A stretch of 62,672 bases of DNA, the filler included. It is 5 parts of 5 records of this genome, joined end to end, with 100 filler letters (N's around TTAATTAATTAA, not from the genome) between each part and the next. Parts side by side here need not be neighbours in the genome. Positions count along the whole stretch, not along the records: positions 29,774 to 36,888 come from DRR723986_16871; positions 36,989 to 48,736 come from DRR723986_16872; 3 more parts are not named here. One strand, given 5' to 3'. A program made the translations under genes and the position numbers. Under the pieces are notes generated by a model. That model worked only from the letters and a program-made list of their open reading frames with translations, was not told where the DNA came from and did no database searches. The first letter of the stretch is position 1; every line of letters begins with the position of its first letter. This document shows positions 33,101 through 42,258 of the stretch, piece by piece.

Positions 33101-35651
33101 TGACATCGTTGATAAATGTCGCTTCTGTTCTGTCTCCATCCAATACAGATTCAAAAAATGCAGGTGCATTGTCTGCGCGGCTCGTAAAGTGTGGCGTGGC
33201 ACGGAACCCACGTCCGTACCAGGAGTCTAGACGCAGACGCATAAGCAGGTCACCTACAGTTTCGTTCTGCGTAACACCACTCGCGCTACTGATCCAGTCG
33301 TGCATCTTGGCGATTTCAAGGCGCATCGAACGCCGCCCAAGGTACAGTTTGGTATTGCCGAGGTTTTCGCCGCCATTTAAGAGCCCATCAATGATGAGGT
33401 TTATGTTAATGTCTTGCTGAGCCGGTGAGGCGTCTGGGTTTCGCAGCATTTCGCGCAGATTTGTGTGATCCGTTGCATTGGGGCTTAGATCAACAAAGTC
33501 GCCCCCAAGAACATTGTCATTCTCGAGCAAGTCTTGTCCAGTGAGTGGCTGGCCGTTAAGTGTTGGCACAAAGTCTTGTTCATTGCTGATGCCAACGTGA
33601 TCGGCGACGCCGCCAGCAACCATCTCTGGGCTGGTTCCACGGTAATGCACCAAACCTTTGGCACCGGCGAGGATATAAGTCCACAACTCCATACGAAGTT
33701 CCTCACCCGTTTTGGGGCGGTGTATGTCGATAATGGCACGTCTGGGATTTGTGGTTTCGGTGTTTTGATTGGTCGGGTCATTCCAGGCCGAAACTGCCCA
33801 GACATTAGCCCACCAGGGCTCCTCACCAAACAATAACTCGCGATTGTTGAAATAGCCAAAATGGAGTGTATTCTCCCAATATGCCTGAATGTGTTTGCTT
33901 TTTGTGTTTGCCAGGAAGTTGTCATACGCCGAACCATCACTGATCGGCGGGTAGGACCAACCGACGTTGGGTCCCAGGTGAAGTCCGCTTTCGTATCCCA
34001 TTAGAAAATTATTGGTCAAATTCGGATCACCATTGTAGCGGAAGTCGGAAGCAAAGTTAAGATAGTGGATCAGGCTTTTGTTTGTATAATCACCACCCAA
34101 TATATATGGTGCCGTATGTGGACCGCCCAGATGCCAGCCGGATATCCAGCGTTCATTTGCTCCTGTGAGCTGGGACCAATAGTCCGCAAAATAGCGTCGT
34201 TGGCCCTGGTTTTGAGTTCCGGCAGACATTACAAAACCGCGTTCAATCGCCATACGTCCGCCGGTTATGACATTCAGGTAGCGGCAGGCATGCCATTGTG
34301 GTATACGTGCTTCGTCGATGCCATAAAAACGCGAAATTTGCAGGTTGGGCCGGATCTCGTTCGGATCTGTTGAATTGCGAATGTCACTGACATCGTCTAT
34401 GACATTGTTGACAATGTTAGTAATATCGGCGTCGTGTTCTCCGCGGAACAGGGCCTGCGCATTCGGTGTTTCAAAACGAATCCAGTTGATGGCGACATCG
34501 GCCGTGCCGTGGTAGTCGACTTCGATTCCAAGTGTCGAAATATTATTGTTGCCGGTAGCATCGTTGGGGACTTCTGACGCTATTGCCAAATCGTGATTAA
34601 TAAAGTCAAGCCCATTGAGTTCAAACTTCGCTGAAACTGTAACATCAATCGAACTTGATCCACTCGAACTGGTCTGTGGCAACATCTCGCGTGTGATGTG
34701 ACAGTTTGTCACAACACTTGTTGCCGATGTAGCTACATTTACTTTGCCACGTCCGCCGCTGAGCTCAGTTGTTAAGGTCCCAGGGACCATGTTAAACATT
34801 ATGTAGCGTGTTGTGTTTTGATCACTGCCAATAGTGTATGGCAACTTTAAGGTTAATACGGTGCTTGTATTGCTCAGGTTGGCGTCACTAGGTAGACGTC
34901 GTAAATTGATCGAGACATACCACTCACTGCCGTCAATAAGTGCTCTCACATTCCCGAGGCCTGCAAAATTTTCAAATCGAAACATCACATCATTTGGCCA
35001 GGGATCAGCCAGGACTTTGGCTGGATGGCTTGTGCCGGCAAAGGCGCTTTGTGTGAGTTCATAACGATATGCAGCGTTGTTGCCGGAACCACTATGAACT
35101 ACACTTGCGTTCGGGTGTTTTGTTCGAAAACCAAAAGCTGTGCCGCCGGCTGCAGGACCATGTGTGCCATCATCAAATACTGTCAGATTGCCATTTGTGC
35201 CAATTGTATTAACCGGGCTGTAGTGCATGGCCATACCCTGCAAGAGGCTCAGCGAATTCCAGCCGGTTGCAAGACTCGCGAAATCAACAGATACACCGGC
35301 AACTGTTTTTGTAAGACCTTCATCCAGTAATGCTATCAATTGCATGTCGTCGGTGGCATCATTGGTATTGGCAGCCGGTATTCCCAGAAAGTTTGAAACG
35401 GTCCCATGCCGCAGGTTCATGTTTAAAGCTTCGCTGAGTGCTCTTGGCGGCCGGTCATTCCAGTTCCAGCCCAGCACAAAGTTGTCCTGTAAAAATTTGC
35501 CGTTGACCTTCTGCACAACTGCCGTAGTACTCAGGTCCATCTGAGTCGGATCAAAGGTCTGCGCCTGCAGATTAGTACAGCAAAAAAACGGAAAAGACAT
35601 GAAGGTGGCTGACAGCGTTAAAAACGCCGCCCATTTTGGACATTTAAACAT
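30141..35651 (-). CDS. 1836-aa secreted multidomain protein with a T9SS type-A C-terminal sorting domain
   Basis: Signal peptide (AQA-like cleavage at LQA/Q); C-terminal LHPHPANDFVNI...VRDVRGRVI...DWSAGMYTV; internal GH-like TIM-barrel motifs. Confidence 0.82.
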   Translation of the reverse strand: MFKCPKWAAFLTLSATFMSFPFFCCTNLQAQTFDPTQMDLSTTAVVQKVNGKFLQDNFVLGWNWNDRPPRALSEALNMNLRHGTVSNFLGIPAANTNDATDDMQLIALLDEGLTKTVAGVSVDFASLATGWNSLSLLQGMAMHYSPVNTIGTNGNLTVFDDGTHGPAAGGTAFGFRTKHPNASVVHSGSGNNAAYRYELTQSAFAGTSHPAKVLADPWPNDVMFRFENFAGLGNVRALIDGSEWYVSINLRRLPSDANLSNTSTVLTLKLPYTIGSDQNTTRYIMFNMVPGTLTTELSGGRGKVNVATSATSVVTNCHITREMLPQTSSSGSSSIDVTVSAKFELNGLDFINHDLAIASEVPNDATGNNNISTLGIEVDYHGTADVAINWIRFETPNAQALFRGEHDADITNIVNNVIDDVSDIRNSTDPNEIRPNLQISRFYGIDEARIPQWHACRYLNVITGGRMAIERGFVMSAGTQNQGQRRYFADYWSQLTGANERWISGWHLGGPHTAPYILGGDYTNKSLIHYLNFASDFRYNGDPNLTNNFLMGYESGLHLGPNVGWSYPPISDGSAYDNFLANTKSKHIQAYWENTLHFGYFNNRELLFGEEPWWANVWAVSAWNDPTNQNTETTNPRRAIIDIHRPKTGEELRMELWTYILAGAKGLVHYRGTSPEMVAGGVADHVGISNEQDFVPTLNGQPLTGQDLLENDNVLGGDFVDLSPNATDHTNLREMLRNPDASPAQQDININLIIDGLLNGGENLGNTKLYLGRRSMRLEIAKMHDWISSASGVTQNETVGDLLMRLRLDSWYGRGFRATPHFTSRADNAPAFFESVLDGDRTEATFINDVTDVSPDGDPVSDNRFFDLMLLEDESETEEIYYVGVVNRLTNPALVTSANLSSLDPFRLYVPSTNSIVQGAPANPVYFITSSQMDELATTANFSKYDQVGSRHMRVKFNYAHQDGYALLHVREVGTESQGLDMVIGQDKFLELDMQPGEGRFFQIEVLAPDRVNNPKGELAYANQRKLAVRRQVNGIPTHQQYLSVYHRNVDVGGGQNKDRVFYRASIPGNVNGGATADGFADSDFANIEWETTETELSANIILQNGNPLAGIEDCSHPAIVHREAEDMVYVVYACLTLNGNLKREIHIVENKFAPNAPSSTGRVLATFDVSDLTNHANPLDAWGTPVINAAADYNYIAWAESCLGIGVGVKTPSANTFLATTKIRATPDGSGPDRCADQIVARHPALNSYSRITTSTTPTVENDPECALVWQEGASPLSNPAAFSEIYYTRLRYNTQTQQLEHFLANGTLEWSGTSRQAELTDSDKIMILSRLDPGNEPGCDSQVNVAPVLHRDQAQQLMIYRKIGAIDNLNVLTYGKYISECVAWARDDEEGDHNRIFLQLVDFFEHTFNNTLRTTIHLPNVRMVHEIGDRSLARPDLTNGVSLPRWWTMYSPQDLGSLNGGPSNFVLNYIASSSNATLTYGRHLNIAKHGNFSSLDEDEQLSEEERLRNSRIAPPMDDIGYTQLGAIDELTFDAANYRRTRRVYDLPSTGEIVANAKHFYKKEGDIEEVLIAPGCRNFCSTYIFFWPTLVDNTLVTKPIRFFSPGPSASATLTHDTQFPAPDVLSSDWFDFNSGDVLSFYVMGIDSGCVKGRLRRLDDSTTIDVDLPRTDKNVALKVEYTILNPAATQYRLELSFNDSDPISTYTETFLAGEFEVENGTITGMLKGEQQTRRASIDLGFHSINDNAAQMALHPHPANDFVNILVRNQELNSQALNITVRDVRGRVIKRAEGQYGVTLRLETADWSAGMYTVEAAAANPGTYALPPVRSTLLINP

Positions 35652-35669
35652 TTTAAACTCCGCAGAAAA

Positions 35670-36887
35670 TTAGTGTAGTATGATCTGTTGATTCAGTGTA
35701 ACTGTTTCACTTGTCAGGCGGCATAACAACGCTGCATCAGTCCCCATTGCGAATAGCTCTTCACGGCTAATCGCTAGCGTCTGCTCACCACCCGCAACAA
35801 AAGAGTCAATAAATGTGTGCAGAATTTGTCCGCGCAGATTAAAAAGGCTGAGCTTAACAGGTGCGCCCTCCGCCGGCACTCTAAATGTGATCCTGACTTC
35901 ACCACTGGCCGGATTCGGTGTGACACTAAAGTCCCAGTTATGTAAATTTGGATCTTTTACATCCGTGTTAACACGATTCCAAGGGCTGTGAATCAGGCTA
36001 AGTTGCCCGCGTCCGCGGCCAAGTGCGATGTACTTTGAGTCGGGAGAAAGAGCAATCTGGCTCGCTCCACTTTCAGGAAACATCAATAAGTATTCTTTTG
36101 AAATGAGATCCAGAACATGGAAAATGCTGTTGTCATCCGTAAACAGTACCGCCAAAACAGAAGAGGAAACTTCTAAAACTCTTGGGACGGGGTTGGGCCG
36201 ACTTCGCAAGACCTCCAGACGTTCTCCGCTACGAGTATCAAATCGTGCAAAATTGGGCTCTCCGTCTCTGTCCGCAGACCATGCCGTCAACAACTCTTCA
36301 GTCCCAGGGATAAATTGGAGATCCTGCACGCTGCCGTCTTGATGCAGAACGCGTCCTTTTTTCGTTTCACGCTCAACAATCATCAATTGGTCTGTTAGTC
36401 CAATTGCAAGCAGCTCGTTGTTGAACGATATATCTGCCTGCTTGATGAAACTATCGGTTGTGGATTGGTAGTCGAAACGCCAGACTTCATTTAAATCTGG
36501 TATAGACAAAAGTTTGACATAAGCTGAAGCTCCCAGGACTAGTAGTTGTGAGTCACTTGAATATCGTAGACTGAATGCAGGCGGAGTACGACTGACCTCC
36601 AATTTGTGGACTTCCCGGCCGCTTAATGGATCAATCAGCAGGATTGTTGAGCTTCCGATTTTTGCTTCGAGGAGCACGGCAATGTATTTACCGTCGGGTG
36701 CAAAGTCAATGTCATCCACATATCGGTCTTGATACTCCACCTCATGCAGAATCTCTCCATCCGGCATCGACAAAATGCGGATTGTGCCTTCGACATCTCC
36801 TACTACCAACCGCGTACCGTCAGGCGAGTAGGCTATCTGCGGTCCCTTGGCAAACAGACCGCCAAAACCGTCTTTATTCCAGATGAA
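35670..36887 (-). CDS. WD40-like beta-propeller protein with a T9SS CTD, 5' end truncated by the contig edge
   Basis: Frame open to the contig end (FIWNKDG...IAYSPDGTRL); repeats FAPDGKYIA, YSSDSQLL and LSPDSKYIA; CTD VTPNPASG...LFNLRGQ. Confidence 0.85.
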   Translation of the reverse strand, partial: FIWNKDGFGGLFAKGPQIAYSPDGTRLVVGDVEGTIRILSMPDGEILHEVEYQDRYVDDIDFAPDGKYIAVLLEAKIGSSTILLIDPLSGREVHKLEVSRTPPAFSLRYSSDSQLLVLGASAYVKLLSIPDLNEVWRFDYQSTTDSFIKQADISFNNELLAIGLTDQLMIVERETKKGRVLHQDGSVQDLQFIPGTEELLTAWSADRDGEPNFARFDTRSGERLEVLRSRPNPVPRVLEVSSSVLAVLFTDDNSIFHVLDLISKEYLLMFPESGASQIALSPDSKYIALGRGRGQLSLIHSPWNRVNTDVKDPNLHNWDFSVTPNPASGEVRITFRVPAEGAPVKLSLFNLRGQILHTFIDSFVAGGEQTLAISREELFAMGTDAALLCRLTSETVTLNQQIILH

Positions 36888-36888
36888 T

Positions 36889-36988
36889 NNNNNNNNNNNN
36901 NNNNNNNNNNNNNNNNNNNNNNNNNNNNNNNNTTAATTAATTAANNNNNNNNNNNNNNNNNNNNNNNNNNNNNNNNNNNNNNNNNNNN
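36889..36988. other. Artificial contig linker
   Basis: N44-TTAATTAATTAA-N44. Confidence 0.99.
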
Positions 36989-37322
36989 GGCCTAGGTGGC
37001 CCCTGATCACGCAGAGGTACGTCCAGACTGCTCTTATGCCACACTAGCTCTCCCCACAGCCCTCCCGAATCACCAACTGCCCGATCCAAAATATCCAACA
37101 ATCATATACCGCCTTTAATCCAGGCACAAGACATACTTCATCCATACAACTCAAAACTCCGCTGCACGGGAATCAAGTGCAAAAGCGTACAATCAATTCT
37201 TTCGATTACCGATCTGAGCATTGCAGATCTGGCAATTCATCACCGCGTTTTCACTAAGTGTTTTTGATAAGAGCTCCCAGGGCCCGCAACGCAGACTGGG
37301 TTTTTCGGCACAGCAGAGACAC

Positions 37323-37943
37323 TCAAGGTCGTTTTTGCGCCAGCAAAATACTCGAACCGCCACACTCAGGGTCTTCTGGTACGAACTTAACAATCGCAAT
37401 GCCCAGACCATTTAAAAGAGCTGCGTACTTCTCTGGTGAAAAGCTGGCGTGATAAACTTGTTCACCGCCAACATGGCCCAGGACTTCACCCTCCGAATCT
37501 CCGACGGTTAGCATTAGAACACCACCTGGCGCAAGATGTTCAGCAAATTTGCGCAGAGTGACTTCCTGATCGGCATGTGTTAAGTGAAAAAAACTATGCC
37601 AGGCGATGATGCCGTCAAATTGCGCTTGCAGCTTTAATTGACGCATATCCATGTGATACCAATTATTGTCAGGAAAACGTGTGCGCGCAATCTGCAGCAT
37701 GTTGTGTGCGAAGTCAACACCGGTGAGATCAAAGCCCTTTTCGATATAATACTTTGCGATTGGCTCGCCGGCCCCGCAGCCCACATCCAGAATTTTGGCG
37801 TCTTGTGGCAACAAATTCAAGAACCGATCCTGCCAGGTTTTCTCAAAGAGAGTTTTTGAACGTTCTTTATCGAATCGTTCAGCATTGCGCTCGTAGACCG
37901 CATGCGTATTCTTTTCAATGTTTACAAAGTCTTGATTTTGCAT
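37323..37943 (-). CDS. Class I SAM-dependent methyltransferase
   Basis: ILDVGCGAG, TGVD, FDGIIAWHSFFHL and LAPGG. Confidence 0.92.
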   Translation of the reverse strand: MQNQDFVNIEKNTHAVYERNAERFDKERSKTLFEKTWQDRFLNLLPQDAKILDVGCGAGEPIAKYYIEKGFDLTGVDFAHNMLQIARTRFPDNNWYHMDMRQLKLQAQFDGIIAWHSFFHLTHADQEVTLRKFAEHLAPGGVLMLTVGDSEGEVLGHVGGEQVYHASFSPEKYAALLNGLGIAIVKFVPEDPECGGSSILLAQKRP

Positions 37944-38051
37944 TGTTTGATTTTTTTACGTTTCGGATGAATGCTGCACTCTCCGGCCAATATACTGATA
38001 CTTATGCGAATGCTTGTTAATGGCAAGGAACAAGGTTAGTATTTGCGAATT

Positions 38052-40676
38052 TTAGTCTTTGGAATCACTATTGCCATCAATGTCTTCTTTGTTTTTTGCA
38101 TCATCTGTCGGCTTAATTAACAGCGACGATTCTGCAGCGCTGCTTGTTTCCGGCTCGGCAGGCCCTGAGTTTTCCGAATCTACTTTGTTTAATGGCTTAG
38201 TAGTTAACTCAATGAATTCTGGATCTGCGTGCAGAGACTTGAAGTCTTCGCTCTTGGCGGCTTCGGCTGAATAGCTGTCATTTAACTCTATTGACTGGCG
38301 CAATGCTTCGATTGCTGAGGTTCGTTCGTTTATTTTGGCATGCAGACGAGCTTTCTCGAACATTGAGAACGCATTGTGCGGTTGCAGTTCGATTGCCTTG
38401 TTAATTGACTTGAGCGCTTCTGCGAACTCGCCCATTTTAAACAAGGCAGCAAAACGATTTCTCCAGGACTTAATATGGTTCGGATCGAGTTTTAATGCCT
38501 CGTCGTAGGACTCGACTGCCTCACTGAAACGCTCCAGCTCAGCTAATGCGGTTCCGCGACCGTTCCAGGCATTGACATACGATTTATCTAAGCTAATAGC
38601 CTCGTCAAAAGAGCCGAGTGCATCTTCAAACCGACCAAGATCAAACAGAGAGTTACCGCGACCATTTAAGGCAATTACAAGTTTTGGGTCACACTTCAAA
38701 GCATTGGCATATGCTTCCAGAGATTCATCTTGACGGCCTAGAGAACTAAGAGCGTTGCCACGACCGTTAAATGCATTGGCATATTCCGAGTCTATTTTTA
38801 GAGCACTGTCATAAGATTCCAGGGCTTCTTTATAGCGGCCAAGCCTTTTGAGAACATTCCCGCGGTTATTCCAGAGCCTTGCATGCTCTGGAGCAATCTT
38901 AGTCACTCTTTCATAAACTTCAAGTGCGTCTTCGTGCTGCCCTAATTCAAGTTGGACACTACCAAGGTTGTTACAAACCTCTACGTTGTTCTCGTCAATC
39001 TCGAGAGATTTGATATAACAGTCCTTGGCCTCTTCAAGGCGGCCCAATACAGTTAAGGTATTTCCACAGTTACTCCAGGTGATTGCATCCTTTGGATCAA
39101 TTGCCAAGGCTTTTTCGTACGATTTAAGTGCGTCATCATAATGCCCACTTTCGTGAAGTGCAGTTCCACGATTGCTCCAAATATCTGAATCTGCCTGGTC
39201 CAATTGAAGTGCCTGATCATAAGCTTTAATTGCTTCTGAATATCTTTTTAGGTTAAGTAGGGCATCACCCTTATTCTTCCAATTCAACTTCGCGTTGGGA
39301 TTGATTAAAAGCGCTTTTTCGTACGATTCAAGTGCCTTTTCAGTTTGATTCAAGCCCATCAGTATCAAACCATAGCCGACCCAGGCATGCTCCGAATCTT
39401 CGTCAAACTCAATGTACTTCTCATAGTCTATTAACGCATCTTCCTTTCGGCCGAGTGCGAACAGAGCCAGGCCGCGATTAGCAAGTATCTGCTTAAACTC
39501 TGGAGCAAGCTCAACAACTTTATCTATTAATTCCAGTGCTTCCTCATGGCGACCAAGCCCCTGTAATACGGAGATCTTCGTCACCAAAAATCGAACTTCA
39601 TCAGGTTCGAGTTCTTCCGCATTCTCAACTTCTACGAGGGCTTTTTCAAATTCCTGATTACTGATAGAGTCTTGGGCTTTAACCAAGTAGTCCTGCGCTG
39701 TCAGCTGTCCACCGGTTGATTCGATTTTGTTTTGCAGTTCTAACAACTGTTCAATCTTTCGGGTATTCTCTTCAGACTGTTTCACGGAGGAAAGTAAATG
39801 ATCAAAGTCGATACTTTGCCGCAGCGCTTCGGCTTCCTGTTCTGCACTCTGTCTTACCTGTTTCACGATTTCAAGGTGCCCAGATATCTCTTCGCTTTTG
39901 CGCTCAGAGTCAACCAATGATTCTGTTGCGGATGTCAATCGCGCATCCATTTCTTCGAGAATCTTATCTGCGGCATTTTTTGCATCGGTAGCTTTTTCTG
40001 ACAATTTGCTTAACTCTTCCCGTGAACTGCTGAATTCTTCTTCAAAACTCGCCCTGGCCTGTCTCGCTGACTCCAGATTAGTTTGCATTTCGGCAAGGGC
40101 AGCATCTTTTGCAGACTTGGCTTCTAATGATAACCTGCTAATGTCCGCCTTTGACTTTGATACCAATTCTTCAAATTCTTGCTTGACCTGGATTGCTGAC
40201 TCTAGCGTGTTTTTTACGTCTGTTTGCGCCGTGATACTTTCGTTCCTGGCTTTTCGGGCTTCTTCGGCAAGTCTTTTTAGCTTAGCTCTTTCTGTGGAGA
40301 GGTATTTTGTGAACCTGCGATAAAAGAGCGTCCCCAGCCCAGTCAAAACCGCGAGTATCAGCGAGAACACGGTCATGGCACCAGCCAAAATTGCAACAGA
40401 CACGCCAAAATAGTCCGGTGGCTCAACGACTTGTGGCGTGTACTGCAGTGACTGCGAACTCTTTTGACTCATCTGTGGACTCACCCGCAGATTCACTTGC
40501 TCATTCTGTTGTGCTTTGGTTTGGGCTGCTGCCTGATCCACCTGAAGTGAGTCAGGCCGAGCAGTTCCAGTATCTGGCGACTGTGCCGAGGCAGGCACTG
40601 CCAGGCAGAACAAACTCAAGAACATGAGTGTCATACAAAAGGTCTGGCGCCAAGGCCAAATGCATTCAGACTTCAT
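38052..40676 (-). CDS. Membrane-anchored coiled-coil plus 14-TPR protein
   Basis: Signal peptide (VPASA/Q), one TM helix (VSVAILAGAMTVFSLILAVLTGLGTLFY), about 200 aa of coiled coil, then 14 consecutive 34-aa TPRs. Confidence 0.88.
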   Translation of the reverse strand: MKSECIWPWRQTFCMTLMFLSLFCLAVPASAQSPDTGTARPDSLQVDQAAAQTKAQQNEQVNLRVSPQMSQKSSQSLQYTPQVVEPPDYFGVSVAILAGAMTVFSLILAVLTGLGTLFYRRFTKYLSTERAKLKRLAEEARKARNESITAQTDVKNTLESAIQVKQEFEELVSKSKADISRLSLEAKSAKDAALAEMQTNLESARQARASFEEEFSSSREELSKLSEKATDAKNAADKILEEMDARLTSATESLVDSERKSEEISGHLEIVKQVRQSAEQEAEALRQSIDFDHLLSSVKQSEENTRKIEQLLELQNKIESTGGQLTAQDYLVKAQDSISNQEFEKALVEVENAEELEPDEVRFLVTKISVLQGLGRHEEALELIDKVVELAPEFKQILANRGLALFALGRKEDALIDYEKYIEFDEDSEHAWVGYGLILMGLNQTEKALESYEKALLINPNAKLNWKNKGDALLNLKRYSEAIKAYDQALQLDQADSDIWSNRGTALHESGHYDDALKSYEKALAIDPKDAITWSNCGNTLTVLGRLEEAKDCYIKSLEIDENNVEVCNNLGSVQLELGQHEDALEVYERVTKIAPEHARLWNNRGNVLKRLGRYKEALESYDSALKIDSEYANAFNGRGNALSSLGRQDESLEAYANALKCDPKLVIALNGRGNSLFDLGRFEDALGSFDEAISLDKSYVNAWNGRGTALAELERFSEAVESYDEALKLDPNHIKSWRNRFAALFKMGEFAEALKSINKAIELQPHNAFSMFEKARLHAKINERTSAIEALRQSIELNDSYSAEAAKSEDFKSLHADPEFIELTTKPLNKVDSENSGPAEPETSSAAESSLLIKPTDDAKNKEDIDGNSDSKD

Positions 40677-41264
40677 AGTGTCCACGCTATGTGACTGGCC
40701 CTGGAGCCGGTGTGGTTTTAAGCCGTGCCGCGAGCGCCGGAACAGGCTCACAGATAAATATTCGAGGCATTGTGCTGCAATTCCAGGCACTCATTATCGG
40801 CTCTAAGTACGTGAATTACAACCTTTTGTGATACGAATGAACTTACAAATTCGTGCTAAACATTAACAAACCTCAAGTAGCCGAGCCCGTAGGCACTTGA
40901 CTAGATCTATCCGGCTGAGATTTTCTGGTAAATCAGTGTCCTGGAGCTTGCGCCGATGGCCTGCAAGACTCAATAATTAACATGCACAATGTTATGCCTG
41001 AATTCGCAACTGAAATACGCGAGGCTGCGGACTGATTTGCTGGAAGTTTGACTTCCTGAGGGCTGCGGCGCTGGCGGCATTGCGGCGCAGTGGCGTACTT
41101 AACTACTTCTGGATTCCGACACAAGAACTAACAAAAATATCAAAAGGCAAGCCCAAAAAACGGAGTGATGCAGGGCGCTGCAATCAAGACCCAAACCCAA
41201 ATTGTTTAAGACTTTGAAGCGATAGATGCGAATTCACAAACACACAAGAAATGCTCAAACGTTT

Positions 41265-41303
41265 AAACAAAATACGGCCGCCGGAACCACGTTCCAGCGA
41301 CCG
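41265..41303 (-). terminator. Intrinsic terminator after mscS
   Basis: Minus strand CGGTCGCTGGAAC-gtg-GTTCCGGCGGCCG followed by TATTTTGTTT. Confidence 0.65.
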
Positions 41304-41363
41304 CACGATATAATCCGGTAAACAGTCTTACCCGAAGGCAAGCTGCAATGTGACCGCGATTTA

Positions 41364-42179
41364 TCAGTTTGTTTTGTCCATGTGGACGTCCATCTGCGGG
41401 TATGGGAAGGAAATATTAGCGGCGTCAAATGCCAGCTTAACTTTTTCCGTTAACTCAAAGTTCAGTGGCCAGTAGTCACCACCGTTAACCCACATGCGCA
41501 CGCTGAAGTTAACAGCGCTATCACCAAGTTCGGAGACGAGAATCTGTGGAGCAGGATCCTTGAGAATACGGCTCTCAGCAGCAATAATTTTCTCCAGCTC
41601 GGCGCGTGTTTTTGCGATATCATCGTCGTAACCGATACCGAATGTCATGTCCAGACGGCGCTGAGGCTCGGTTGAATAGTTAACAATACTACCGCCGGCC
41701 ACGGGACCGTTCGCCAGGATAACTGTTTTGTTATCTGGCGTCTTAAGGATCGTGTTAAAGATTTGAATTGAGTGCACACCACCAGTGTGGCCCTGTGTTT
41801 CGATAACATCTCCAACCTTAAAGGGCTTAAAGATCAGAATCAACACACCGCCTGCAAAGTTGGCAAGACTACCCTGCAGAGCCAAACCAATGGCAAGACC
41901 CGCCGCACCAATGATGGCGACAAACGACGTTGTTTCAACGCCCAGCATCGAAGCGATACTGATTAACAGAACAACCTTAAGAATGACGCCGGCAATCCCC
42001 ATCAGAAAGGGCTGAAGCGTAGCGTCAACTTCGGAACGATCCATTAAACGTTTAAGGCCGCCAACGATGCGTTTAATAATCCAGAAACCGACTATGAGGG
42101 CAACAAGCGCCAGTGCGATGTCGGGCACGATGCGAACCACGAGGTCCGTCACATACTGCACTATGTTAAAATCTTCCAT
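41364..42179 (-). CDS. mscS: Small-conductance mechanosensitive channel
   Basis: GAAGLAIGLALQGSLANFAGG, KPFKVGD, NYS...RRLD, GIGYDDD and FPYPQ; GGAGG SD. Confidence 0.95.
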   Translation of the reverse strand: MEDFNIVQYVTDLVVRIVPDIALALVALIVGFWIIKRIVGGLKRLMDRSEVDATLQPFLMGIAGVILKVVLLISIASMLGVETTSFVAIIGAAGLAIGLALQGSLANFAGGVLILIFKPFKVGDVIETQGHTGGVHSIQIFNTILKTPDNKTVILANGPVAGGSIVNYSTEPQRRLDMTFGIGYDDDIAKTRAELEKIIAAESRILKDPAPQILVSELGDSAVNFSVRMWVNGGDYWPLNFELTEKVKLAFDAANISFPYPQMDVHMDKTN

Positions 42180-42258
42180 GGTAAACCTAGCCTCCGCAAG
42201 AAACTCAATATTGTTATTTGGTGCTGCTCCGCATAACGGAACCAAATGTATAGCTCAA

